A stretch of 64,000 nucleotides of DNA from Squalus acanthias. Lineage: Eukaryota. The notes under the pieces were generated by a model. It saw only the letters and a list, made by a program, of their open reading frames with translations. It was not told the origin of the DNA and did not search any database. The stretch covers positions 30,568,001 through 30,632,000 of the forward strand of contig CM059433.1 in assembly GCA_030390025.1 (NCBI GenBank), read 5' to 3'. Both the position numbers and the translations under genes were made by a program. This document shows, one piece after another, positions 48,060 through 61,385 of the stretch. Each line of letters starts with the position of its first letter. Within the stretch, counting starts at the first letter, position 1.

Positions 48060-51000
48060 AATGGCTAGAGGAATGGTGCAAGGGGGAGGGATTCAAATTC
48101 CTGGGACATTGGAACCGGTTCTGGGGGATGTGGGACCAGTACAAACTGGAAGGTTTGCACCTGGGTAGGACCGGGACTGATGTCCTAGGGGGAGTGTTTG
48201 CTAGTGCTGTTGGGGAGGGTTTAAACTAAAATGGCAGGGGGTTGGGAACCTGTGCAGGGAAACAGGGGAAAGGGAAGCAAGGATAGAAGCAAAAGACAGG
48301 AAGGAGAAAAGCAAAAGTGGCAGTCAGAGAAATTAAGGGTGTAAATCAAACATGACCACAGTAAATAATAATTCTAAAAGGTCTAAGAGTGTTAAAAAAA
48401 CAAGCCTGAAGGCTTTGTGTCTGAATGCGAGGAGCATTTGTAATAAGGTGGATGAATTGGCTGAGCAAATAGATGTAAACGGACATGATATAATTGGGAT
48501 TATGGAGACGTGGCTCCAAGGTGACCAAGACTGGGAATTCAACATCCAGGGGTATTCAATATTCAGGAAGGACAGGCAAAAAGGAAAAGGAGGTGGGGTA
48601 GCATTGTTGTTAAAGAGGAGAGTAACACAATAGTAAGGAAGGATATTAGCTCTGATGATGTGGAATCTGTATGGGTAGAGCTGAGAAATACCAAGGGGCA
48701 GAAAACATTAGTGGGAGCTGTATACAGACCCCCAAACAGTAATGCTGAGGTTGGGGATGGCATTAAATGGGAAATTAGAGACGCGTGCAATAAGGGCACA
48801 GCAGTTATCATGGGTGACTTTAATCTACATATAGATTGGGCTAACCAAATTAGTAACAATACTGTGGAGGAGGAATTCCTAGATGTATACAGGATAGTTT
48901 CCTGGACCAATATGTCGAGGAACCAACTAGAGATCAGGCCATCTTAGACTGGGTATTATGTAATGAGAAAGGATTAATTAGCAAGCTTGTTATGCGAGGC
49001 CCCTTGGGGAGGAACGATTATAATATGATAGAATTCTTCATTAAGATGGAGAGTGAAGTAGTTGACTCAGAGTCTAGGGTCCTGAAGTTAAATAAAGGAA
49101 ACTACGATGGTATGAGGCGCAAATTGGCTAGGATGGATTGGGGAACGTTACTTAAAGGGTTGACGGTGGATAGGCAATCGCAAACATTTAAAGATTGCAT
49201 GGATGAACTACAGAATTTGTTCATCCCTGTTTGGCATAAAATTAAAACAAAAAAGGTGACTCAACCGTGGCTAACAAGGGAAATTAGGTATAGCATAAGA
49301 TCCAAGGAGAGGACATATAAATTGGCCAGAAAAAGCAGCAAACCTGAGGATTGGGAGCAGTTTAGGATTAAGCAAAGGAGGACAAAGGGATTAATTAAGA
49401 GGGGAAAAATAGAGTATGAGAGTAAGCTTGCAGGGAACATAAAAACTGACTCTAAAAGCTTCTGTAGATATGTGAAGAGAAAATGATTGGTAAAGTCAAG
49501 CATAGGTCCCTTGCAGTCAGAATCAGGGGAATTTATAATGGGGAACAAAGAAATGGCAGACTGATGAAATACATACTTTGGTTCTGTCTTCACAAAGGAG
49601 GACACAAATAACCTCCCAGAGATGTCGGGGAACATAGGGTCTAATGAGAGGGAGGAATTGAATGAAATCAGTATTTGTAGGGAAATGGTGTTCGTGAAAT
49701 TGACGGGATTGAAGGCCGATAAATCCCCAGGGCCTGATAATCTACATCCTAGGGTACTTAAGGAAGTGGCCCTCGAAATAGTAGATGCATTGCTGGTCAT
49801 CTTCCAAAATTCTATAGACTCTGGCACAGTTCCCATGAATTGGAGGGTAGCTAATGTAACCCCACTATTTAAAAAAGGTGGGAGAGAGAAAACGGTAGTG
49901 GGGAAAATGCTAGAGTCCATTATAAAAGATGTAATAGCAGAGCACTTGGAAAACAGTGACAGGATCGGACAAAGTCAACACGGATTTACAAAAGGTAAAT
50001 CATGCTTGACTAATCTATTGGAATTTTTTGAGGATGTAACTGGTAGAATAGATAAGGGAGAACCAGTGAATGTGGTGTATTTGGACTTTCAGAAGGCTTT
50101 CGATAAGGTCCCGCATAAGAGATTGGCGTGCAAAGTTAAAGCACATGGGATTGGGGGTAAGGTACTGACTTGGATAGAGAACTGGTTGGCAGACAGGAAG
50201 CAAAGAGAAGGAATAAACGAGTCTTTTTCCGAGTGGCAGGCAGTGACTAGTGGGGTACCGCAGGGATCGGTGCTAGGACCCCAGTTATTCACAATATATA
50301 TTAATGATCTAGACGAGGGAACTAGATGTAATATCTCCAAGTTTGCAGATGACACAAAGCTGGGTGGGCATGTGTGTTGTGAGGAGGATGCAGAAAAACT
50401 CCAGTATGATTTGGACAAGTTGGGTGATTGGGCAGATGCATGGCAGATGCAGTATAATGTGGATAAATGCGAGGTTATCCACTTTGGTGGCAAAAACTGG
50501 AAGGCAGATTATTATCTGAACGGCACTAGATTGGGAAAAGGGGAAGTGCAACGAGATCTGGGAGTCCTTGTGCACCAGTCGTTGAAGGTAAGCATGCAGG
50601 TGCAGCAGGCGGTTGAGAAGGCAAATGGTATGTTGGCCTTCAAAGCGAGAGGATTCGAGTACAGGAGCAAGGATGTCTTGCTGCAGTTGTACAGGACCTT
50701 GGTGAGACCACACCTTGAGTATTGTGTGCAGTTTTGGTCGCCTTATCTGAGGAAGGATGTTCTTGCCATGGAGGGAGTGCAGCGAAGATTCACCAGACTG
50801 ATACCTGGGATGGCAGGAATGACGTATGAAGAGAGATTGGGACGATTGGGCTTATATTCGCTAGAGTTTAGAAGAATGAGGGGGGATCTTATTGAAACTT
50901 ATAAAATTCTAACAGGACTAGACAGACTAGATGCAGGAAGGATGTTCCCGATGGCGGGGGAGTCCAGAACCAGAGGTCACAGTCTAAGGATAAGGGGTAA

Positions 51001-51281
51001 GCCATTTAGGACTGAGATGAGGAGGAATTTCTTCACCCAGAGAGTGGTGAACCTGTGGAATTCTCTACCACAGAAGGCAGTTGAGGCCAATTCATTAAAT
51101 ATATTCAAGAAGGAGATAGATATATTTCTCAAGGCTAAAGGGATCAAGGGATATGGGGAGAAAGCAGGGACAGGGTACTGAATTTGGATGATCAGCCATG
51201 ATCTCATTAAATGGCGGAGCAGGCTCAAGGGGCCGAATGGCCTACTCCTGCTCCTATCTTCTATGTTTCTATGTTTCTATG
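48060..51281 (+). mobile_element. Near-full-length CR1 LINE (ORF1 esterase C-terminus, APE endonuclease, RT), inactivated
   Basis: WLEEWCKGEGFKFLGHW...EGLHL (SGNH-like ORF1 end); LNARSICNK, ETWL and MGDFN (APE); 519 aa open RT segment 49622-51181 with FADD; (ttctatgt)n tail. Frameshifts and stops in the APE/linker region. Confidence 0.93.
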
Positions 51282-51284
51282 CAC

Positions 51285-51710
51285 ATAGAATATACAGCAC
51301 AGAAACAGACCATTCGGCCCAACTAGTCTGTGCTGGTGTTTACATTCCACACGAGTCTCCTCCCATTCCATCTACTTCATCTCAGCTTTTCAGCATATCT
51401 TTCTATTCCCTTTTCTCTCATGTACTCATCTAGTTTCCTTTGGAAAGCATCTTAACTATTTGCTTCAACCATTTCCTGTGGTATCGAGTTCCACATTCTA
51501 ACCACCCTCTGAGTAAAGAAATTTCTCCTTATTTCCCTATTGGATTTATTAGTAACTATCGTGTATTTATGGCCCCTAGTTTTGGATTCTCCCACAAGTG
51601 GTAACATTCTTTCCACATCTACCCTCCCCAACCCATTCATAATCTTAAAGACCTCTATCAGGTCACCTCTAAGTCTTCTATTTTCTGAAGTAAAAAGCTC
51701 CAACTGTTGA
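51285..51710 (-). mobile_element. CR1 3' fragment, tail-to-tail with the previous element
   Basis: RLRGDLIEVFKIM...NFFTQRVVRMWNS peptide. Confidence 0.82.
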
Positions 51711-52029
51711 ATAATTTTAACGGGGTACTTGGCAAGAAAACCACTTGAGGAATTATAGTTAGTGAACTGCGCGTTCTGGTTCTGATTCTAAGGTACGGCC
51801 TGATGAGGCAAAATGGTCTTTCTTTGCCCTGTCTATTCATGTTACTTGGTGTAAGTATCATTATAGGAACAGCTGTTGACTCATTGTAGAATTACGTTCA
51901 ATTACTTCAATCTAACAGGATGATTTTTTTTTACGCAAATTTCTTTTGATAAATATGGAATACCATAAAAGTGGCTAAAATGGTAAACCCTTAAATTAAG
52001 GTCACTGGGGTTCCTCATACATAAACAAT

Positions 52030-52775
52030 GGCCCGAAAATTAGACCTAATACGCGAGAGTACGCACTGTGCACTCTCGCGTTTTAGGTCTCCAATTGCCG
52101 GTTTCCTGCATGCACTGTGCATGCGCGGGAAACCGGCACTTCGTGATTTCAAATGGGGGCGGTTCCTAAGTGAACCGCGTGCGCGCTACAGGCTGCATGC
52201 ACGCAGTGCACTTAGTGCTTTGAACGCGCAGGTAAGCATGGAAGATTTTACACATAAAGAAAGGAGGCGTAAGACCCTCTTTTAACAAGGTAAGTTGTTA
52301 ATTAAGTATTATTTTAAATTTTTTTCAACAGGTTTATCTTTTTTAGAGACTTTAAAGAAAAGTAAGTTTATTTTTATAACTTTTAAAAAGATTTAAAAAA
52401 TTTTCAAAAATTTAATTTTTTGTTTAAAGTGGTTAATTTATTTAACTATACTTATTTTATTAATGTGATGGCTTTTTTTTTAAATTTAATTGAGGTTTAG
52501 CTGTTCTTTTGGGGGGGGTATAGTATTCATAGCTTTGACAGATCTTCCTGTCAAAACTATGAATGAAAGATGGTGTGCTGCCATTGGCTCTAACTGAATC
52601 ACGTGATCCCAGAGCTCGCACGAACTAATTGCGTCTCTGGGTCACGCAAGCACTGCACAGCTGCAGCCTTGAAACTAAAGTTCGTGTGGGCCCGGAGGAA
52701 AAAGGTAGGCGCGGAGTGAGATATCGCGGGGAAGCCTTACCCCCGCGTGAACACTCCGTGTTTAATTTCTGGGCC
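52030..52775. mobile_element. Harbinger-type MITE, AAT TSD
   Basis: AAT-GGCCCGAAAATTA...TAATTTCTGGGCC-AAT; near-identical to 37059-37803. Confidence 0.88.
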
Positions 52776-53239
52776 AATATATTTGGAACAATGGAGATTG
52801 AGTATTGCTATTAATATGCTTTCATGTACTGCAAAAGACCCATCATGATAGGCTGGGTGTTGGAGGCATGTATTGGAGGAAAATACCAACACACAATTGG
52901 GGGTTGAGCTCAACAGTGTCACAATCACTTGGCCAGAAGCGATCTCGGATTAGTAAGAGTCTCGTTGAGAGGAATTTTGTTTTGGACAAATATTTTGACC
53001 ATTTGTGGTTCGGCACTTGCTTTCGCAGCTATTTCTGTATCACGTGACAGTAAAATCCAATTGGAATACATTTCACGGAACAGCTGAGCTCAACGCTCAC
53101 GGAAAGTCAAACATCAGCGCCCCAAGAACGATGGGACGAGCCATCTAGACATCAAAATGAATCCATACACCAGGTGCCTTGCACACGTCTTTGAGCAATC
53201 AGTACCAGCAACGAAAATGCGGATTTCAATGTTACTTAC

Positions 53240-53755
53240 ATAGTATTTACAGCACAAAAACAGGCCATTCGTCTCAACAGGTCTATGCCAGTGTTTATGC
53301 TCCACACAAGCTTCCTCCCACTCTTTTTTACTTCATCTCACCCTTTCAAAATATTCTTCTATTCCTTTCTCCCTCATGTACTGAGCTAGCTTCAGCTTAA
53401 ATGCATCTATGCTATTCGTCTCAACTACTCCTTGTGGCAGCGAGTTTCACATTCTAACCACTGTCTGAGTAAAGAAGTTCCTCCTGAGTTCCTTATTGGA
53501 TTTATTAGTGACTATCTTACAGTTATGGCCCCTAGTTTTGGACTCCCTCACAAGTGGAAATATCTTCTCTACATCTAACCCTATCGAACACCTTCATAAT
53601 TTTCAGGTCACCTCTCAGTCGTCCCTTTTCTAGAGGAAAGAGCCTCAGCCTGTTCAGGCTTTCCTGATAGTTGCACGCTCTCAGTTCTGGTAGCATCCTT
53701 GTCAATCTTTTTTTGCACTTTCTCCAGTGCCTCTATATCTTTTTTTATAACATGG
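53240..53755 (-). mobile_element. CR1 3' fragment
   Basis: KKDIEALEKVQK peptide and CR1 3' sequence. Confidence 0.78.
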
Positions 53756-54548
53756 ACCTTTGGAACAAGTTGCTGGCTTGTGCATTGATTTTCTGCACGC
53801 ATTCAAAAGGGATCTGGACATATTCCTGGCTGTAGCTGAATGACAGTGTACAGAAGGTAGGTGGAGTATCAGGCGATGTTTCTCATGGTCTCTGTGGAAC
53901 TCGATTTGATCGTCTTCAGAAGGTTAGAGAGGAATTTCCTAGATTTTTTTCCCCGAGTTGGTCTAGTGCTTTTTTTACCCTCTCTCAGGAGATTATGTGG
54001 CTGCTGGTGTGTGGGAGGCAATGGAGTCATGATGCTTCATTACTGTATGGGGACAGGCTCGATGGACCAGCTGTTCTTTTCCTGCCTTCCGCCTTCATAT
54101 ACTCGTACTTCCAGACCGTTGAATAATTGTCTAAACTTTCTATTGCACTTAAAAAAATGTTTGATATAATTCTCACAACCATGCCAATGGATTGTCTAGG
54201 CAGTGCCAACAGATTGTCTGTAAGGCCCTGTTGTACCCCTAGATACCATTTTGAGTCTGGTACCTGTTCAGACTGAGGCAAGGCCAGCAGAATCAAGTTA
54301 TAATGCTGGCTCTACTTCACTCCCGAGTCAGGGAATACAGAGTTTCCCCATAAGGTCAGAGCTCTGCTCACTAACAACTGAAGACTGGTTAAATTTTACC
54401 GATAACAAAAATCTGAAAGGACAGCCAACATTGGAATGGTTAAAAATTACTTTTAAACTAGTCCCGAGTGGGTCACCTTGGAAGTTTAAAATTTAGTTTC
54501 ACACCGATTCCAGTTATACTGCAGCTGCAGCAACTGAAACCACAACAA

Positions 54549-54900
54549 GAAGAAAGAAAGAACTTGCAGTTATATAGCACCTTCCACGACCTCAGGATGT
54601 CCCAAAGCACTTTACAGCCAATGAAGTATTTTTGAAGTGTCGTCGCTGTTGTAATGTAGGAAACGCGGCAGCTAAATGCCACAAACAGCAATGAAATGAC
54701 CAGATAGTCTATTTCAGTGATGTTGGTTGAGGAATAAATATTGGCCAGGACACCAGGGAGAACTCACCTGTTCTTCTTCGAAATAACGCCAGGGAATCCT
54801 TTACGCCCACCTGAGAGGACAGATGGGGCCTCAGGTTAATGCCTCATCTGAAAGACGGCACCTCCGACAGTGTAGCACTCCCTCAGTACTGCACTGGAGA
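54549..54900 (-). mobile_element. Deu-type SINE, truncated
   Basis: Family core and tail on the minus strand. Confidence 0.78.
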
Positions 54901-56924
54901 CCGTCTCTCATCAGTTTCCTAAATTCAATTGGGCAACTTCACACACAAGTTAGAGGGCAATGTATGTCAATGCAATGCCAAAATTACTTTTCATCAATGC
55001 CAATATCTATTACAAGTGGCTAGTTCAGTATACTGCTGGAGTAGTCCCGATAGCATTTTTGTATATCTGTCAACTCTGTTAAGAGCATCTTTGGTCACAC
55101 TCTCTGCCATGTGACTTCTTTCATTTTATTTTAAAAACCACCACTTACAACTTCATCCCCGTAGAGAAGCAGCACCACCTTCTCAAGGGCAACTAGGGAT
55201 GGGCAATGAACATTGGCGTTGCCCAAAACAAATAAAGTTAGGGCACAGAAAGGAGGTCATTTTAATCCATCGTGCCCATGCCAGATATGAATCTATCCTT
55301 TCCATATTAAAAGTGGTTGTATTTTAGTTCCTTTGAGTATGTGGGCTGGTAGTGGGAAGCCAGGTTCCTTCGTACTAAGAGTTTAGCATTGGTTCAGAGT
55401 AATTTCAGTTATACACAATGATAAACTTGTGGAGTGCAAATCGGGTGTCAAAGTCTGAAATGGGTCTAGTGAAGCGAGAATTCCCAGTGCGAGAGTCAGG
55501 CCCTGATTGCAGAGTCAGGCTTCAGTTACACCATAAGTATAACGTTAATGCAAAGGAAAACCAATTCACATTTGACGCCACACTTAATCTGTGCCCTTAA
55601 GTGTATTCTCTTAATATCAGAAATGGTTTGAATAAGAGAACTTTCTAATGTCGGTAAAACAAGTATGCAACCCCTTCTCCAAATGAACTACTGGCTCTAT
55701 ATTCATCTGCTGCTGCAAAAGAGCTAACTGTTTTTGGTTGTGCTTAATGGTCGCCAATACAGATCATGGAAGGCTCAGATTTTACTTTGACCAATTTTGA
55801 CCAGCAACAAATCGGAAAACAGGAACAGAAAACCAACTCATTGTGGAGTAACTTGCAATGATGCTCATCTCACACATCTCAGACAGCTAAGTTGATATGT
55901 AATTGACACAAATACTTTATTGATCCATCTGCGGAGAACGCAAAGCTTTGAAACCTCCGATGAAGATTTGGTGAAGCCCTTTTAACAGACCAGGACAAAG
56001 AGGTGCCATTAGATAGCTTGACCAATGCGTATGATGCTCAGTCCCACACCCACTCTCAGCCCCAACCCAATACAACTCTGACTGCCCGATCTGACCTGAT
56101 CCAAATCCTGCTGGCAGTCCTGGCCCATCTTGACTTCCGCTGGCAGCTCTGATCCAACTCAATATCAGCCGACATTCCCAACCGCACTCCCACTGCCAAC
56201 TCAAGTGAAGTAACATTCTCCCGCCAAGTACAAACACGATGGGGTGAATGGCTTCCCTTTTGTGCTGTATTTTACTTTCTATGATGCTGTATGGGGGAGG
56301 GGGTATGTAATTGTAAATGCTAGTTAATAAAATGCTAAATAATAAATGAGACAAAAAGACTGAGGCATTGTTCACAGTTATGAACACAGCGCCATATGGA
56401 AGGGGTCTCATCTTCACTTTTACATCAATGAGGTGAGATACAGTTTCCAACAGAGAACTTATTGATCACAGAGACAATCCATTGCAAAGCTAAACTGACA
56501 AATGCACCTTGTTTTCTCAAATTGGTGGCTCCTTTCAGGGCCAAAGGCTGGAAATAGACCTAATTTATCAGAACTAGTCCACGGGACATCACACGTCTGA
56601 TCTAAACTCTGCGAAAGGCAGGGTCACACTGATTAGGCTTAGGCCGCACTCTTGCACCATGGCAACTGACAGAACACCCTGCAGTCAGCCTATCAAGAGT
56701 TGTGTTATCTTTTCAATTCACTCTGAGGGGGCGGCGGGGGATGGGGGGGAAGGACAGAAATACACATCTAACACCAGGATACACTTTGCCAAGTAACTGA
56801 TTTATATTCCTTCCAGCAAGTAAACTGCCCTAGATGGAGCAAGATCTAAAGACCCCAAGAACTCGCCAAGATTTACTAGATACAATTTCTCCTCGATATC
56901 AGACTTTTATCCTGCAATTTATTT

Positions 56925-57230
56925 GCACAGAAGGAGGCCATTCGGCCCACCGAACCTGTGCCGACTTTTTGAAAGATTAGTTCCACTCACCTCCACTCAC
57001 CTTCAACTATTTATTCAATTCCCTTTTGAAAGTTACGATTGAATCTGCTTCCACCACCCTTTCAGGCAGAGCATTCCAGATCACAACAACTCGCTGTTTA
57101 AAATCTCTGCACATCTCTCCTCTGGTGCTTTTGGCAATTATCTTAAGTCTGTGACCTCTACTTACTGACCCTTCTGCCAGTGGAAACAGTTTCTCCCTAT
57201 CTACACGATCAAAACCCTCCATAATTTTAA
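56925..57230 (-). mobile_element. CR1 3' fragment
   Basis: FDRVDREKLFPL...RVVVIWNALP peptide. Confidence 0.78.
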
Positions 57231-57356
57231 TTCGACCTGGTCCGAATGGCTCGGAATTATACCGCACATTGGCATAACTGTTTTGTTAAAAAATTGACTA
57301 TTTTATCTAAATGCATCACTATTTTTAAAATGTTGAATGCTATAATCAGGAATGAG

Positions 57357-58020
57357 TGTCAGCCTGGGTCAGTTAGTAACACTTTGAACTTTGAGTAAGA
57401 AAGTTGTGGGTTCAAGCCCTGCTCAAAGGCTCGACCACACAGTCCAGGTTTGACACTCCAGTGCAGTGCTAAGGGAGTGCTGCATTGTCAGAAGTGCAGT
57501 CCTTTGGATGAGATGTTAAACTGAGGCCCCGTCTGGTCATTCAGATGGAGATTAAAGGGATAAATATTAGCCAGGACATCGGGGAGAACTCTACTGCTCT
57601 TCTTCGAAATTGTGTCATGGAATCTTTTCTGTCCACCTGAGAGGGCAGACGGTGCCTCGGTTTAACATTTCATCCAATAGACTGCACCTCTGACAGTGCA
57701 GCACTCCCTCCGTACTGCACTGGAGTGATTGTCTAAATTCTGTGCTCTGGAGTGGAACTTGAACCCACTACCTTCTGACTCCGAGGCGAGAGTGCTACCA
57801 ACTGAGCCACTATTCGAAGAAGAGCAGTGTTTCTGGCCAATATTAATTCCTCAGTGCCCCTCCAAAAAATAATGATTAACTGATTATTTATCTTAATGTT
57901 GTCTGTAGGACATTCCTGTGTGCAACATTGCAGCTGCATTTGCATAAATGCAGTCATCATACTTCAGAGGAATTCGCTATATGTGAAGCGCTTTGCGATG
58001 ATTCTGATATGTTACACAAA
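57357..58020. mobile_element. Old plus-strand Deu-type SINE interrupted by an inverted SINE 5' half (about 57557-57810)
   Basis: Plus-strand head, then a minus-strand core-to-head segment, then the plus-strand core resumes at actattcgaagaagagc. Confidence 0.7.
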
Positions 58021-58029
58021 TTCATTTTC

Positions 58030-58420
58030 TTAGCGAAACCTACAATGATATATGAGAACGTATAAAATTCTTAAGCGGCTTGACAGGGTAGGTGCTGGGA
58101 GGATGTTTTTCCAGACTGGGGAGTCTAGAATTAGGTAGGGATCACAGTCCCAGAATAAGGGTTCAGTCATTTAGGACTGAGATGAGGAGAAATTTCTTCA
58201 AAGGGTTGTGAATCTTTGGAATTCTCTACCCCAGAGGGCTGTGGATGTTCAGTTCTTGATTATATTCAAGACAGAAATCGATAGATTTTTAGATACTAAG
58301 GGAATCGAGGGATATGGGAATAGTGCAGGAAAGTGGAGTTGAGGTAGAAGATCAGCCATGATCTATTGAATGGCGGAGCAGGCTTGAAGGGCCGAATGTC
58401 TTACTCCTGTTCCTATTTCT
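58030..58420 (+). mobile_element. CR1 3' fragment
   Basis: Similar to 50890-51270. Confidence 0.78.
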
Positions 58421-58464
58421 TTTTTAGATATCTAAAAAGGAAATATTTTAATCTTAACTCCAAG

Positions 58465-58893
58465 TGTGCCTGCTGTGACTCAGTGGGTCTGGGTTCAAGC
58501 CCCACTCCAGAGACTTGAGCACAAAAATCTAGGTTGACACTCCAGTGCAGTACTGAGGGAGCACTGCACTATTGGAGGTGCCATCATTCCGATGAGATGT
58601 TCAACCGAGGCCCCGTCTACCCTCTCAGGTGGATGTAAAAGATCCCATGGCACTATTTTGAAGAAGAGCAGATGAGTTCTTCCTGGTGTCCTGGCCAATA
58701 TTTATCCCTCAACCAACATCACTAAAAAAACAGATTATCTGGTCATTATCACATTGCTGTTGGTGTGATCCTGCTGTGTGAAAATTGACTGCTACATTTC
58801 AACAGTGACTATACTTCAAAAAAGTACTTCACTGGCTGTAAAGCGTTTTGGGATATTCTGAGGTTGTAAAAGCGCTATATAAAATACAAGACT
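58465..58893 (+). mobile_element. Deu-type SINE
   Basis: Family head, core and tail. Confidence 0.8.
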
Positions 58894-60195
58894 TTTCCGG
58901 AACCGCTCCCCCCCCAACCCCCGCCAAGTATAGCTGAGGTTTTTTCCTCTTCTGTTTGTGGTGCGTGCATTATATTGGTAGCTCTTCGGAACCCCAGCAC
59001 AGAGCTGCTAATCAGAGGAATGCAGCAGTTGCACGGCCCACCTGTTCTTTCTTTCATCGGGAACAGAAAAAGCGAGGTGGCTTCAAAATACGCACGCTAA
59101 TATCCGTGCAGCTATTCTGATTCGCACTCCTAGCGCCCATAGCTCCGTGCCAGGGTGCCAATTTGCAACATCTACCCTATAAGCTGCTAGCATTTCTGCA
59201 GTTCATGGACTTGTTGTATAAAGTCTTGTTCTGAAGGATAGCCTTATTATACTATTATACAAACAATGACCCAGATAATTAGATTGTTACCCATACTTTA
59301 CCAAGATTAATGGCTGCTTACTGTATAATCAAGCGCCAAAATAGGCCAGCCTTTTAAAAGAAAATCATGTCGAGACAGCTTTAATAAATCACAAGAAATT
59401 ACTGATACAGTGTGTGTGCTCTAAAGGAAAAAAAAGGTAGTCATTGTCACATTGTAGTCAAAATTGTACCAGTAATGATCATATTAGGCGAAATGTCACA
59501 CACTGCAGAATGTATTTGTGTGCATGTAATGGGGGGAGGGGGGGTTGCAGTTAATGTCCCTTCAATTCTCATCTCCCACGACAGAGCCAGATCCCATTGT
59601 GACAAAACAGGAGTTGTATTGTGCCTTGCTTCAAATTGCAAAAGATCTCTATTTTGGCTTTTTCAGATGAAAATATAGATAAGACAATGTATTGTAAAAT
59701 GAAACATAGTCAGCTGCTTTCTGAAAGGAATTATTAAGTTTGTGTGGGGGGATTTGAAGGAAAGCACTATCAAATATTGTCTAGTGACACATAGATTTGT
59801 GCAGAGACTAACCGAGTTCCTCTGAACTCTTGAAAAGAATTCTTTTCATGTTAATTGTGTTTAATTGGCTTTTGACTTTAAAATGGTGGATGCATGCAAA
59901 GCATTTAGACACACAATAGTTGCCAAGGGTTTTTCGCAGGGCCAAATGACTTGATATGCAAGTCGAGTGTCAAAAAGAAACACCTAAAAAAGGATAATTA
60001 ATTTATGAAGAAAGAAAGGCTTGCAGTAATATCGTGCCTTTCACAACCTCAGGACGTCCCAAAGCACTTTACAGTCAATGAAGTGTAGTCACTCTTGTAA
60101 TGTCAGAAAGTGGCAGCCAATTTGCACAGAGCAAGATTCCACAAACAGCAATGTGATAATGACCAGATAATTTGTTTTTGTTATGTTGGTTGAGT

Positions 60196-60612
60196 GGGCA
60201 ACACGGTGGCATAGTGGTTAGCACTGGTGCCTCACAGCGCCAGGGACCCGGGTTCGAATCTGACCTCGGGTGACTGTCTGTGTGGAGTTTGCACATTCTC
60301 CCCGTGTCTGCGTGGGGGTGCTCCGGTTTCCTCCCACAGTCCAAAAATGTGCGGGTTAGGTGATTTGGCTATGATAAATTGACCCTTAGTGTTAGGGGGG
60401 GATTAAATATGTGGGGTTATGGGGATAGGATGGGATATGTTAGGGGGAATTAAATACGTGGGGTTACGGGGGTAGGGTGGGATATGTGTACTGTGGGGAT
60501 TAAAGCAGGGACAGGGTACTGGACTTGGATGATCAGCCATGATCGTATTGAATGGTGGAGCAGGCTCGACGGGCCGAATGGCCTACTCCTGCTCCTAGAT
60601 TCTATGTTTCTA
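60196..60612 (+). mobile_element. HE1-like V-SINE inserted into a minus-strand Deu-type SINE (about 60008-60715)
   Basis: A box ggtggcatagtggtt, B box gggttcgaatc, V domain and CR1-type tail. The host SINE resumes at ataaatattggccagg. Confidence 0.87.
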
Positions 60613-61021
60613 TAAATATTGGCCAGGACACTGGGGAGAACTCCCCTGCTCTTCTTTGAAATAGTGCTGTGGGATCTTTTATGTCCAACTTAGAGGTCAG
60701 ACAGGTCCTTGGTTATGAAGAAACCTGCTTTGAACCTACCTACACAGATGATTTTACTAATGTTCATAATCCACAGGTCCCCTGCCCACCTCATTCATAA
60801 CATCAGCCTTTATAAGTGCAGCTGACTTTCCCTGTTCTGTAGTACCCTTAGCTTCAATCATTTGTGCAGTGATGTGAGATGGGACAGCATGAGTAAAAGT
60901 GCATGGATGTCCCAATCTTTAAAAAGACCCATTAGAAAACTGTGGAAAGTTTTTAGACACTTATATTTTTTAGACATTTTGAAGTAGTGTGTAAGTAAAG
61001 AATTTTTAATGTAAATATATT

Positions 61022-61385
61022 TGTCAGTGGGTAGCACTCTCACCTCTGAGTCAGAAGGTTGTGGGTTCAAGTCCCACTCCAGAGACTTGAGCACATAATC
61101 CAGGCTGACACTCCAGTGCAGTACCGAGGGAGTGCTGCACTGTCGGGGGTGCCATCTTTCGGATGAGACATTAAATCGAGGTCCGTCTGCCCTCTCAGGT
61201 GGATGTAAAAGATCCCATGGTACTATTTCAAAGAAGTGCAGGGGAGCGCTCTCTTGTGTTGGGACTGCCGCGTTTACTACATTACAACGGTGACCACGCT
61301 TTAAAAGTACTTTGTTGGCTGTAAAGCATTTTGGTATGTCCTGAGGTCATGAAAAGCAGTATATAAATGCAACTTCTTTCTTTCT
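61022..61385 (+). mobile_element. Deu-type SINE with internal deletion
   Basis: Family head and tail present; part of the core is missing. Confidence 0.78.

Noticed and set aside
37048..52285. Duplicated 85-88 aa ORFs at 37048 and 52028
   Set aside because: They lie within the twin MITE copies and have no evidence of coding function.
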